In this document: positions 1 through 13,200 of the stretch, one piece after another
Position numbering within the stretch: the first letter of the stretch is position 1
Layout: each line of letters starts with the position of its first letter
NCBI GenBank assembly: GCA_000004695.1
Contig: CM000153.2
Span: 3,808,001 to 3,872,000 of the forward strand
Source: Dictyostelium discoideum
Taxonomy: Eukaryota
Direction: 5' to 3'
Length of the DNA: 64,000 nt
The notes under the pieces: generated by a model
The model's input: the letters and a program-made list of their open reading frames with translations, nothing else
Told to the model about the DNA's origin: nothing
Database searches by the model: none
Translations under genes and position numbers: made by a program

Positions 1-315
1 ACTACCATTAAAACTGTACTATTAGATTTACCAAATAAAGTTAAAGATGGCCGTAGCAATAGTCGTTACACAAAATTATTGAATAAAGAATTTGCAAAGG
101 CTGAAAATCTACTCAAAGTTATTGGTTGCTCTCAAGATCATCTCGTTGAAACATTTAAAGATTTATTCCCAGATTCTACAAATGCAGATTTCCAAAAAAT
201 TATGGATCTTAAAGGTTTTAAAGTTGGTGATAAAATTCAAACTGAATTATTTGAAAAATTATCAAAAGTTTCAACAAATATTGGTGCTTCAATTAAAACT
301 AAATTTTTTAATTAA
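1..315 (+). CDS. 3' terminal part of a protein-coding gene (C-terminal ~104 codons, unidentified product); gene starts upstream of the window
   Basis: Frame 1 is open from nt 1 to the TAA at 313-315 (TTIKTVLLDLPNKVKDGRSNSRYTKLLNKEFAKAENLLKVIGCSQDHLVETFKDLFPDS...KTKFFN*). AT3-biased codons are typical of the organism and an AT-only spacer follows. No family recognised. Confidence 0.5.
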   Translation, partial: TTIKTVLLDLPNKVKDGRSNSRYTKLLNKEFAKAENLLKVIGCSQDHLVETFKDLFPDSTNADFQKIMDLKGFKVGDKIQTELFEKLSKVSTNIGASIKTKFFN

Positions 316-352
316 ATAATAAAAAAAATAAAAAAAACTATATTTTAATAAT

Positions 353-396
<44 letters not shown>

Positions 397-444
397 GTAA
401 TAATTAATTTTTAATTTTTAATTTATTTATTTTTTTTAAATTAT

Positions 445-1360
445 TTATTTTGTTACAGAAGATGATGATGATGATTCTTTAATTGCAATACCATAAATAT
501 GTTTAAATGGTTGTTTAATTTTAATTTGACTAATTGAAACTTTTTCCCATCCAGTCATATGTTTAATCTTTTCATCGGTGATACGATCTAATTCACAACC
601 ATCACCAATTAATGACCAAAGTGGATTAATTAAATGTTCAAACCATCTATTTAGGAATTTATCAGAACAAACATGTTCAATGAATAAAAATTTGCCACCT
701 GGTTTTAAGAGATTTTGAATATCAATCAATACTTTATCTTGGTCAGGTATTGAACATAGGACAAGGTTACAAATTATAGTATCAAAAGTACCATTCTCTA
801 AATCACCATCATTATATGCTTGTTCTATAGTTTTTGGTAAGATTTTAATATCAAATTTATGTGATGCTTTATTAGCAGATTCAATTAATTCTTGTTGCAT
901 AAATGGATTTGGTTCAATTGAAACAACTTGAGTAATTGGTGATCTCTTATTATCACTGCCCTGTTGAATATTATCATTATTTAAATATTTAAAAGTTGGA
1001 CCAACACCACTACCAACATCTAAGACTCTTCCATATGCTTCTGAAAATAATTCTTTTTTAAATCTACTTAATTTCTTATCAACTAATGGTCCTAAATATC
1101 CCCTAAAAAAAAAAAAAATAATAATAAATAATAAATTATTTATTTGTTTATTTAATTTGTTAGTATTTATAAATCTATATTTTAAAAATAAATTATATAA
1201 TATATTCATAGAAAAAAAAAACATACCAAAAATTATTAAAAAATCTTTGTTTTAGATGATATTTTGATCCATAGTAATCAATTAAATGGTATAATACAAT
1301 TGTTGAGACAACACCACCAGCTATTAGGGTTGGTGTTGATTGTTTTGATAATATATTCAT
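445..1360 (-). CDS. Class I SAM-dependent methyltransferase (Methyltransf_11-like) with N-terminal TM helix; paralog A, 2 exons
   Basis: Exon 1 is 1227..1360, with the ATG at 1360-1358 (MNILSKQSTPTLIAGGVVSTIVLYHLIDYYGSKYHLKQRFFNNFW). The donor GTATGT is plus acatac 1221-1226, the intron is 1103..1226 (phase 2), and the acceptor AG is at 1104-1103. Exon 2 is 445..1102 including the stop. Motif I is VLDVGSGVGPTF, followed by DTIICNLVLCSI and LLKPGGKFLFIEH. About 264 aa. Confidence 0.8.
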
Positions 1361-1646
1361 CTTTTATGTTTTTTTTTGTTTTTTTTTATTTTTATCAAAA
1401 AAGAAAAAAAAAAAAAAAAAAAAATTTTTTGATTAAATTGAATAATTAATTTTTTAATTTAAAAAAAATAAAAAAATAAAAATAAAAATAAAAAAATAAA
1501 AAAATAAAAATAAAAAAATAAAAAAATAAAAAAATTAGTTCAACTGTTTTTAAATCTATTTTTATTTATTTATTTTTAACTATAATAGATATTTATGAGA
1601 TATGTATATGTATATATATATATATTTTTATTATTATTATTATTTT

Positions 1647-2575
1647 TTATAATTCTTTGATTGCTATTCCTTGAATAAAATTAAATGGTAAAGGGGTAAA
1701 AATATTTGAAATTGTAACTTTTTCCCAACCTTTAATTGATTTAATTAATTTGTCAGTTTTTTTAGTTAGTTTACAATTATCGCCAATTAATGACCAAAAT
1801 GGATTAATTATATTTTGAAATATTCTCCAATGATATTTTTCAGATGCTATATGTTCAATAAATAATAATTTACCACCTGGCTTTAATAATCTAATTAGAT
1901 TATCTATAATTTCCTTTTCATCTTTTATTGAACATAAAACCAAACTACAAATAATAGTATCAAATGATAAATATTCAATATCTTTATCATTTATTGACAT
2001 TTCAATTGATTTCGAAAGTATTTTAATTCTATTTGAGTTTATATTATTATTATTATTAATATTATTATTATTATTTATTTCATCATTATCAATATCATTA
2101 TCATTATCATTTGAACCTTCTTTATCTTTTTTATTTTTATCATCAATTCTAACATATTTTAATGATTGTTTCTCTAATTCATTAAACATAAATGGATTTG
2201 GTTCAATTGATATTAATGTTGATATATTTTCAAAATTTAAATATTTAAAAGTTGAACCAGTTCCACTACCAATTTCTAATACTTTTCCATTTGCTTCTGA
2301 AAATAATTTTTCTTTTGTTGTTTTTAATTTATTTTCAATTATTGGTCCTAATATAAATCCCCTTTAAAAAAATTGTAATTTATTATTAATTTCAAATTTG
2401 GTTTTTTTTTTTTTTTTTTTTTTTTTTAAATAATTATTTAAACTTACCAAAATATATTGAAAAATCTTTGTTTAAAATGTAATTTCTTACCAAAATAATC
2501 TATTAAAATATATGAAACAACTGCTAAAATAATTCCTGACCCAATAGCCAATAATTGTGATGTATTATCCATCAT
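1647..2575 (-). CDS. Class I SAM-dependent methyltransferase, paralog B of the upstream gene (same architecture plus a poly-N/D insertion), 2 exons
   Basis: Exon 1 is 2448..2575 (MMDNTSQLLAIGSGIILAVVSYILIDYFGKKLHFKQRFFNIFW). The donor GTAAGT is plus cttacc 2443-2448, and the intron is 2362..2447 at the identical phase-2 position (W codon split TG|G). Exon 2 is 1647..2361 (GFILGPIIENK...VLEIGSGTGSTFKYL...DTIICSLVLCSI...LLKPGGKLLFIEH...GIAIKEL*). It is about 45 percent identical to paralog A over the catalytic core. Confidence 0.8.
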
Positions 2576-2827
2576 TTCTTTATAACTATAATAATTTTTT
2601 TTTTTTTTTTTTGTTAGTAATAATAAAAAATAAATATTAAAAAAAAATAAAAAATTTTAAGTAAAACTGGGAAAAAAAAAAAAAAAAGATTAACAAAATA
2701 ATAAAATAAAATAAAATAAAATAAATAAATCTCAAAAATGGAAATTGGATCTATTTACCAATTTTGTATATAAAAAAGAAAAAAGGAAATTTTATTTAAT
2801 AAGATTTCAAAAATAAAATGAATGTAA

Positions 2828-2885
2828 TTATTTGAAACAGTTGAACTTATTATTGTTTATATTATTATTATTATTATTATTATTA

Positions 2886-2917
<32 letters not shown>

Positions 2918-3034
2918 GGTGGTGGTGGTGGTATTGTTATTGTTGCTACTAAAATTGAAGTTATTGTTAAATCTATGGAAGCCACTATTATTGTTATTAC
3001 TAGTACTATTACTACCGCCAAAGTAGTTAAAATG

Positions 3035-3118
<84 letters not shown>

Positions 3119-4441
3119 TGTGGTAGTAGTAGTTGTAGTAGTTGTAGTTTGTTGATTTTGCTCTTGTTGTTGTTGCTGTTGTTTTTGTTTAAATAGCTGT
3201 TCAAAATATTCAGCTCTTGATGCAGCTAAAACAGCTTCTTCAATTTCTAATTCTGTCTCTTTCCAATCAGTTTCTAATAATGATTCATCATAAATTTGTT
3301 GATCTATTAGATCAAATTCTGAAGTTTTTATAGCAGTTTCCATTTGGGATTTGTCAGCAGCACCTGGATGAAAATCGGCAAAACCTAAACCAACACCAAC
3401 TGAAGGATTATTCAAATCATAAATACTATCATAATGATTTCCATGAAGGTAACTTAAACGAATTGGATAGTTTCCTTTATAAGAACCATGAAAAATGTTG
3501 ATAGGGTCAATTGTTTTACTATATACTTCAATTGGTCTATTGAAAAGTTCAGCCATAGCTTGCATTTCAGTGTTATTTCCAAATACTTTGTCGGTTCTTT
3601 TTCTTGCTATATAGTCTGCAAAGTCTTCTGTAATAAATTGAGAAAAGTGATCACGTTCCGCCTCCATATAGTCCATACATTTCTCTCTTACAGTATTGTG
3701 CATCTCTTGGTCACCATAAATTTGATCGGCTACTGACCTAAACAAACAATTTCCATCTTGTTTCATCTTTCTGACAATAAATCCTTTACTCTTTTTTAAA
3801 TTCTCTTCAAATGTTTTTTCATCATTAAATGGTATATTATTATTAATATTAATATTACCATTACCGCCACCACCACTATTACTTATTCCACCACTATTTA
3901 AATTCGTAGAATCTCTTTTCTTTGTATGGTGTCTATAGCTATTAGATTCATATTCATCTGCACTATTCTCTTCATCTGAATGGTTGTTACGATGATTTCT
4001 TATTTCTCTGTTATTCTTATTATTATTATTGTTGTTGTTGTTGTTGTTGTTGTTTGATATATAAGTTGAAGAGTTTGGTGATGAGGATTTCTTTTTCTTG
4101 GTATTATTACTATTATTTATATTATTTACATTATTATTTCCGTTGCTGTTGTTTATATTATTATTTACATTGTTTATATTATTATTTACATTGTTTGAGG
4201 TTGTTGTTGTTGTGGTTGTAGTTGTTGTATTTATTAAATTATCATTGTTACGAATAATATTGTTGTTACTATTATTATGCGTTGGGTTATGGTTATTGTT
4301 ATTATTATTATGGCTACTATTATTATTATTATTATTATTATTTATATTATTATTTATATTATTATTATTTATATTATTATTATTGTTATTATTATTATTA
4401 TTATTATTACCGTTAACTTTACGTTGTACAACAATTCTCAT
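2828..4441 (-). CDS. OTU-domain deubiquitinase, OTUD5/DUBA-like, with long poly-N and poly-T low-complexity flanks
   Basis: Single 537-codon ORF. The OTU core is GFIVRKMKQDGNCLFRSVADQIYGDQEMHNTVREKCMDYMEAERDHFSQFITEDFADYIARKRTDKVFGNNTEMQAMAELFNRPIEVY...IRLSYLHGNHYDSIYD, with catalytic Cys in DGNCLFR and His in HYDS. It aligns closely with human OTUD5. The (ATT)28 tract at 3036-3119 encodes poly-N. Confidence 0.85.
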
Positions 4442-4937
4442 TTTGTTTTATTTATTTAGTTATGCGTTTATATATACTTCTACATGTGTGGTTAAATGAT
4501 TTAATAAAAAAAAAAAAAAAAATTAAAAAATAAGAGAATAAAAAAAAAATAAAAAAATAAAAATTAAAATTAAAAAAAAAAATAAATAAAAAAATAAAAA
4601 AAAAAACTATTTTTTAATTTTATTTTTAAACTTTATTAAAATTTCAAAGAATTTCACAAAATGAATAAATAAAAATAAAAATAAAAATAATTTTAAAACA
4701 AAAAAGATATTAGCATAATTCTAATACAAACAATTTAAATTAAAAGGTGTTTTATTATTATTATTTATTTTTTTAGGTTTATCATTTCCTTTTGAACATA
4801 TTTATATTAATATAATAAATTTTTTATTTTTTTAATTTATTTTTTTTTTCAATTTTTTTTTTTTTTTTTTATTTTCAATTTTTTTTTATTTTTTTTTTTT
4901 TTTTATTTTTTTTATAAATATTAAAAAAATAAATAAA

Positions 4938-5739
<802 letters not shown>

Positions 5740-5947
5740 TTTTAAAAATGGAATAATAATAATAATAATAATAAAGTATTTTTATAATTGTCATCAACAT
5801 CAATTAAAATAATAGTAATATAAAAATAAAAATGTTTCAACGAAAATTATAAAAATAAAAATGTTTCAACAAAAAAAAAATTAAGTAGATATTTTTTTAA
5901 TCGCCCCTTTTTTTTTTTTTTTTTCAACCATCCAATTTAATTATCTT

Positions 5948-5960
5948 AAAAAAAAAAAAG

Positions 5961-6022
<62 letters not shown>
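5948..6022. repeat. Oligo(dA) tract of ~75 nt (one G interruption) in the intergenic spacer downstream of the phosphatase gene
   Basis: aaa aaaaaaaaag followed by 62 consecutive a residues at 5961-6022. Confidence 0.95.
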
Positions 6023-6024
<2 letters not shown>

Positions 6025-6643
6025 ATTGTTCAAATTGGTTATAATAATTTAATTTTCATTTTACATTTTTAAATCATATCAACACCACCATTTATTATTT
6101 ATTATTTATTTAATTTTTTTTTTTTATATATTTATTTATTTATTTATTTTAATTTTTTTTTTTATAAAAATAATTTTTTATTTTTATTTTTATTTTTTTT
6201 TTAACCCACTATTCATTATACACAACATCATTATACAAAGAAGTGGAATTTTTTTTTTTATATAAAAAAAAAAAAGACTATGCAACATTAACAATTAAAA
6301 AAACCAAATAAATAAAATATATAAAATATATAAAATATAAAATATATATATATTTATATATTTTTTTTTTTTGTAATATTTAAATTCACCAACCCCACTT
6401 TCTCTGTATATATTTAATAATCATCATCAAATTGGAAAATTATTTAAATTTTAAAGGTTTATGCATATTAACACACGCACAATAAATTGTAAGTTTCAAC
6501 TAAAAAGTAAATTAAAAACAATATTTTAGGATTTTAATTGTTTGGTTATTAAAATTATTATTCCACTAATACTAATTGAATTTTTATCATCACCCAATCA
6601 TTTAAATATATTAAAATCAACACATAATAATACTCCATATACC

Positions 6644-6685
<42 letters not shown>

Positions 6686-6891
6686 ACATTTGTTATGACA
6701 TTATAAAATTAAAATTTAATTATCCTTTTTTTTTTTTTTTGTTCTTTTATTTTTTATTTTTTTTTTTTTATCACATTACGTAATATATTTTATTTTTTTA
6801 AAAAAACAAAATAGTAAATAATTTTAATTATAAAATTTTATAGGATAATAATAATAAAAGTAAAATAATAAATCAATTTATAATTGTTCAA

Positions 6892-6926
<35 letters not shown>

Positions 6927-6963
6927 TAAATCCACTAAAAAAAAAAAAAGAAAAAAAAAAAAA

Positions 6964-9900
6964 ATGATTGTCAACAGTGCTGGTGAAGCACCCAAAAATC
7001 CAAAATGTGTTGCATGTGGCGAATTTTGTGAAGGTAAAACATATGAAGCATTTGGAAATTCATATCATCCACAATGTTTCCTTTGTTCAGGTTGCAAAAG
7101 ATCTTTTCCATCTGGTAAATTTTTGTCAATTAATAGAAAACCATATTGGTAAGTCTTTTAAGATTTATAATTTAAAATCATATTTTTTAAATTTCTAATT
7201 TCCCAATTTTCTTTTAAAAAGTGATTCATGTGGTAAACAGGCATTTATTCAATCACAATTAAAAGGTTATTCACCACTTGCAAAAGGAACAAATAATAGT
7301 AATATTAGTGGAAATAAAACAAATTCAACTACACAAAATAAATCATCACCAATTGTAATTCCAAAAAATCAATTAAATAATAGTGGTTCATTTAAAAATA
7401 ATAATATTAATAATAATAATAATAATGAAAATGAAAAGAAATATTCAAAAACATCAGATGAACAAGAAAGAATTATTAAAGATGAATTAGATAAAGTTTC
7501 AAAGAAATTTTCAACATCTGGTGGATCATCTTTTAGTAGTGATCCATCACCACCTATTTCATCTTCATCATCATCATCATCATCATATTTGTCATCTTCT
7601 ACATCATCATTATCTTCAATGATGTCTGATTATTCACCATCATCTTCACCTTCTCCTTCACCTTCTTCAAATTCAGTTCAAAGATTATCAAAAAGATTTG
7701 AACAAAACTTTGAAATTGATTCACAAAACAACAATGATAATTCTGAAACATCGCCACAAGTTTTAAAGGTAAGTGGAAATAAATTATTTAATAATATTAA
7801 ATTGGAATTACAATCAAGAGAAAAGAGAGAAAAAGAAGAACAATTGAAAAGAGATCAAGAAAAATTAGAACGTGAAAAAAAGAGAGAATATCATCAACAA
7901 CAACCACAACAAACTCAAATTCAAATTCATCAACAAAAAATGTTGGAAAAGGAAAGATTGGCTCAAGAAGAAAAAGAAAGACTATTGGTAGAGGAACGTG
8001 AAAGATTGAATGCAACAAGAGTTGAAAGAGAAAAACAAGAAAAGGAAAGATTAGATAGAGAGCGTAAAGAAAGAGAACAAGCTAGATTAGAAAAAGAAAG
8101 ATTAGAATCTGAAAGATTGGAAAAAGAACGTCAGGCAAGAGTAGAGAGAGAAAGAAAAGAATTTGAAAGAATAGAAAAAGAGAAAAGAGATAGAGAACAA
8201 ACCAGATTGGAAAATGAAAGATTGGAAAATGAAAGATTGAAAAAAGAAAAATTGGAAAAAGAAAGATTGGAAAATGAAAGATTTGAAAAAGAACGTCAAG
8301 AGAGAATTGAAAATGAAAGATTGGAAAATGAAAGATTTGAGAGAGAAAGAAAAGAGCGTTTGGAAAAAGAAAAAATTGAAAAGGAAGAAAGAGAAAATCA
8401 ACTTCGTTTAGCAAAAGAAAAAGAAGAAAAAGAAGAAAAAGAACGTCAAGAAAGACAACTTAAGGAACGTTTAGAACGTAAAGAGAAATTAGAAAAAGAA
8501 AGAAAAGAAAGGGAAGAAAAAGAAGAAAAAGATCGTCAAGAAAGATTACAACTCAAGGAACGTTTAGATCGTGAACGTAAAGAAAGACTTGAAAAAGAAA
8601 GAAAAGAGAGAGAAGAGAAAGATGAAAAAGATCGTCAAGAGAGATTACAAATTAAAGAACGTTTAGAACGTGAACGTAAAGAAAGACTTGAAAAAGAGAG
8701 ATTGGAATATGAAAGATTAGAAACGCTACGTAAAGAAAAGGAAAAAGAACGTAAAGAGAAATTTGAAACTGCTCGTTTAGAACGTGAAAAATTAGAATTG
8801 GAATTAAAAGAAAAAGATGAAAAGAAACGTGAAGAGAAAAGATTGGCCAAAATTATTGAAGAGAATAGAAAGAAAGAAAAAGCATTGGTTGATAAAAAAT
8901 TAGAAGAACAAGAAAGACTCTCTCACGAATTAAAAATTCAAAAAGAAAAAGAAATATTGAAAATGGAAAAACTTGATCTTCAATGTGAAAAGAAAAAATT
9001 AGATAAAGAAAAGAAAGAATTACAAATTGAAAAAGAATTATCTCAAAAACAATTACAATTTATAGAACTAAAACAACAAGAAATTAATCAACAACAACAA
9101 GAAATTAATCATCAACAACAACAACAACAACAAACTCAACAACAAATTCCTCTTCTTACTAAACAACCAACAGTTGAGGAGATTGAATATGAAAGAGTTC
9201 AAGAAGAAATTAAACAAAAGAAATTAGAAAGAGAACAAAGATTAAAACAACAACTTGAGGAAGAAGAAAAGGAAAGACTAAAAAGACAAGAGGAAAGACA
9301 AAAGAGAAAAGAACAAAGAGATAAAGAATTAAAAGAAGAAGAACTTCGTATTGAAGCAGAAAGAGAAACTAGAAAAAAATTAAAAGAAGAACGTGAATTA
9401 CAATTTAAAAAAGAACAAGTACAACTTTTATTAGAAAGAGATAAAAGAGTAAAAGAGAAACAATTAAAGGATCAAAAATATACATATAAAATTAATGATA
9501 CTGAACTTGAACATATTGTTGAAGATAAAGATTTAACTAAAGAATTTGAAGATAAATTAAGAGAACATCAATTAAAGAAATCTACTTCTTTTGAAAATAA
9601 TACACTTTCTGTAAATTTACATGTTGTTGACCCTGATGAAGATGAAAATAATATTTTACAATTAAAGAAACTAAGAGAATTGGAAATTCAAAGAGAAATT
9701 GAATTAGAGAATCAACAACAACAACAATCAAATTGTATTCTTTTAAATAATTATTCAGATTCACCAAGAATATCATCAACATCATCAAATTCTACAAATT
9801 CAAATCAAAATTCACCATTATTAGCTGCTAATACAAATAGTAATAATAGTAGTACATCAACTAGTTTCTCAGTTTCATCATTTTCTCCACCATTATTTGA

Positions 9901-10222
9901 ACAAACAATGACAACTAAATCAACAATTAGTAGCCTTGAAGAATATAAAAAGAAACGTGAAGAAAGAAAAAGACTGCAAGAGGAAGCAGAGAAATTAGAA
10001 GAAGAATTAAAAAAGAAAAAGATTCAAGAAAGAGAAAAACAAAGATTAGAAAGAAAATTGCAAGAAGAGGAAGAAGAAAAAAGAGAAGAAGAAAGTAGAA
10101 GAAAAAGAACTGAAGAAAGACAAAGAGAACGTGAAAAATTAAAAAAAGAATTGGAATTAGAAGAAGAAAGAATTAAAAGAGAAAGAGAACAAAGATTAAA
10201 TAATTTAAAAAGATTTAATTAA
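6964..10222 (+). CDS. LIM-domain protein with Ser-rich linker and a ~700-residue E/R/K-rich charged helical repeat region, 2 exons
   Basis: Exon 1 is 6964..7148 ([61 protein letters not shown]), phase 2, with donor GTAAGT at 7149. Exon 2 is 7222..10222, beginning (C)DSCGKQAF and completing the LIM double zinc finger. It is in frame with ORF 7589..10222. The body is [17 protein letters not shown]...-type repeats. About 1061 aa. Confidence 0.75.
8520..8712 (+). repeat. Tandem ~96-nt duplication inside the LIM-protein E/R/K-rich region (two near-identical units encoding EKE(E/D)KDRQERLQ(L/I)KERL(D/E)[17 protein letters not shown])
   Basis: gaaaaagatcgtcaagaaagattacaactcaaggaacgtttagatcgtgaacgtaaagaaagacttgaaaaagaaag... 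is repeated immediately downstream with a few substitutions (caagagagattacaaattaaagaacgtttagaacgtgaacgtaaagaaagacttgaaaaagagag). Confidence 0.8.
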
Positions 10223-10292
10223 AAATACAAAATACAAAATAAAAAAAAGATTTATTTATATTAAAATATCTTTATTTAATTATTCTTTATTT

Positions 10293-13200
10293 TTAGTTGA
10301 GATATTTACTTGTAAAAATATGGAAAATATCTAATCTACTTAATTTATATTTTAATCTTTCAATTATTGTTACAACTTTTGGTTCTGGAATATTTAATTT
10401 AATATTTTCAACAACAACATATGATTCGAATGATGAAATATCAATTAATGTTTCACCATTTTCATTTTTTTCAAATAATAAGTAATTCCTAAAATTTACA
10501 TTTGGATTTTGATGTTGTTTAACAATTTTAATGATTTGTTTTGGCATTGTTATAGAATTAAATTTTAAAAAGTTTTCATTAATAAATTTGAATAAACTAA
10601 ATTTTTGTAATCTAACAGATTCAATCAACATGCTTAAAAGGTCATCATATATTGTTGACATAGTACAACCACCACTCCAAACACTCCAATCAAATAATAA
10701 TTGAATAATATCCTTTGATAAATAATTATGATTGAGTGATAATTGAGAGAAAACACTTGAAAATCCATTCACAAATAATTTTAATTGAAGATTTTTGAAA
10801 AGATAATTTAAAACATGGTAATGATTACTTTTTGCACAATGAATTACAAAGTTATTAAATTCTTCATTGGTTAAATCAGAAGTGTGGTTTTTTTTAAATA
10901 CTTTTGATTTATAAAATATATCAAGTAATTGATAAAGGAAATCCATTTGATTAAAATCAATTGCTTCGCCAAGTAATTTTGTATGTCTTAGTAATACTTG
11001 TTTGCCATATTCAATATTTTCATCTACACCACCACCACCAGTACTATAATCAAGTAGGAAATTAATAATTTTATCTAATTTATTTTGTCTAAACATTTGA
11101 ACTGTATTTAATTTATTATAATTTTCAAGTACTAAATTATAATTATGGTAACCATTTTCTAAACTATCAACATCACCAAAAACACCACTTTCAAATGCCA
11201 AACTATTCTCTTTTAAAATATCCATTATAATTTTATTATTCTTTGCTGCGAAATTAATTAGATCTAAATATTTTGTAGTTTGTTCACCTGTTGATTCATC
11301 AATAATTGGTACATTCATTACTAGGAATCTGAAAATATCAGGATTTTCAATATGTTGTGCAGAAACATATAAATCTTGAGCTCTAAATGGAGTTTTATTT
11401 TCAACTAGTATCATTATAGCAGTTAGATCATTTAATTCTACGGCTCTTGAAAATGAAAATTCATCAGCAGTCACTTGATGTTTACATAAAAGGCTCATAA
11501 TATTATGATGTTTACCATTTATTGCAGCCAAGAAAAGTAACTGTTGAGTTGTAAAGTAATGGGAATTCAATAAACAAAACTCTGTTAACAAATGATTTCC
11601 AGATGAAACTGCTCTATAGGGAATTGAAGTTTTAGGATCAGTTTTATTTGCAATATTATTTGAAGTTATTTTTGGTTTTAAAAATTCCAATAATTGAAAT
11701 GAAGTTTCTTCTAAATCTTCATGTGATAACCAACAAAACAATAATGAAGTTTGAAATTTAACCAAGAATGAATCATTCTTTGTTAAAGAAAGAAATTCAT
11801 TTAAATAATTTTTTTTAAAATCTAATGTATCTAAACTATTGCCACCACCACCACCATTTAAATATTTAAACATCTTAAAATCAGTTGGTAAAGTAAATAA
11901 ACTTGCATATTCTTTAATATAACTTTCATCCTTTACTGTTTTACTAATTGCTGCTATTTCTTTCAATGGTTCAATATTAGCAGTCTCTAAAGATGATATA
12001 AAGATCTCTTTAAATGCAATATATTTTAAAGTTACTTTTTCCACTTTTTTAAATTTATTAATTATTGAATTTGCTTCTGATAAAATTGATAAATCATTCT
12101 TTAATATTAAAAATTTATTAACTGTAATATCAATCTTTGCTTGTTGAAATAAAAATATTAATGGATAGAAGAAACTATACATATAAATTGTTATAATTCT
12201 ATTCATCACTCTATTTTCAATTTTGATATTATTAAAATTAATAATTTTATAATTATCATCATTATTAATATTAATAATTAAAAATTCTTGATTATTAAAA
12301 TCATTAGTATTATTATTATTATTTCCATCATTCTCTTCATTTATACTATTTTCAACATTATTTACATTATTATTAGTTTTATCTTTATCATTATTATTAT
12401 TATTATTATTTTTAATATTAATATTATTATTGTTTCTATGATTTTTTGCAATAAAAGATGCTCTTGTTGACATATCATAAGTACACCAAGTTTTAGGTTC
12501 AGACCCATTAATTTCAAGAGGTTGATCCTTTTTTAAAAAATCAATTTTAACAGTATGTGTTGTTTTTAATAAATTTTCAATTATTAAAGGATCATTAATT
12601 GAATTGACAAGTGATGATATAAATTGTAATGAATGATGTAATGGTTCACAATTTTCAATATATTTATTCTCTAAACAATAATAATTTTCATATATATATG
12701 TAAACTTTTGTAAATAATCAAATGCAATCGATGGATTGATATCATTTGAAAAGAAACTAAAAGAATTTACCAATTCTATAAAATCATTTTTATCATATTT
12801 TATTAAATTATTCTCTAAAAAGAAGGTTAATTGTTTAAAATTTGTCATATTGAATGCATCTAAAAATTTAACTAAACAAGTTGGATAATATTCTAATGAT
12901 ATATTTTCAATACTAAATGGTAGTCTATTATTTTGAAAAAATAAATATTGAATTGTAGTTTTAATTTGATTAAATGGTGCTTTAAAACAATTTGATAATA
13001 AATCTTTCTCTGTAAAATGTAATTCAATCAACGACTTCTTTTCAATACTAATTTTAGTTGGTTCAATATCACCATTACCATTACTACTGCTACTATTACT
13101 ATAATCATAAACTGATTTAATTTCATTATTAGTTTCAGAAACTAATTGTTTTACAGATGATTTTGATAATGGGAATCTATCAGGATCAATTTCTTTTTTT

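Noticed and set aside
2832-4499. Track ORFs 2832..3026, 2857..3204, 2975..3196, 4098..4499, 4277..4459 (poly-L/I/V/K peptides) overlapping the OTU gene
   Set aside because: They are alternative-frame or antisense readings of ATT/AAT/GTT triplet tracts. They have no codon-bias support and are entirely low complexity.
7769-7825. Consensus donor AAG|GTAAGT at 7769 inside the LIM gene suggesting an extra intron
   Set aside because: Reading through keeps the frame open ([10 protein letters not shown]...). The only downstream AG that would preserve frame gives a ~50-nt intron. Read-through is the simpler model, though it remains a possible retained or alternative intron.
8082-8850. Antisense ORFs 7797..8018, 8082..8414, 8102..8401, 8635..8850 opposite the LIM-gene E/R/K region, and 15599..15870, 16157..16803, 16966..17328 opposite the RhoGAP gene
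   Set aside because: Reverse-strand reading of GAA/AGA/AAA-rich or AAT/GGT-rich repeats gives stop-free frames by composition alone (F/L/S-rich peptides). The sense-strand genes have strong homology support.
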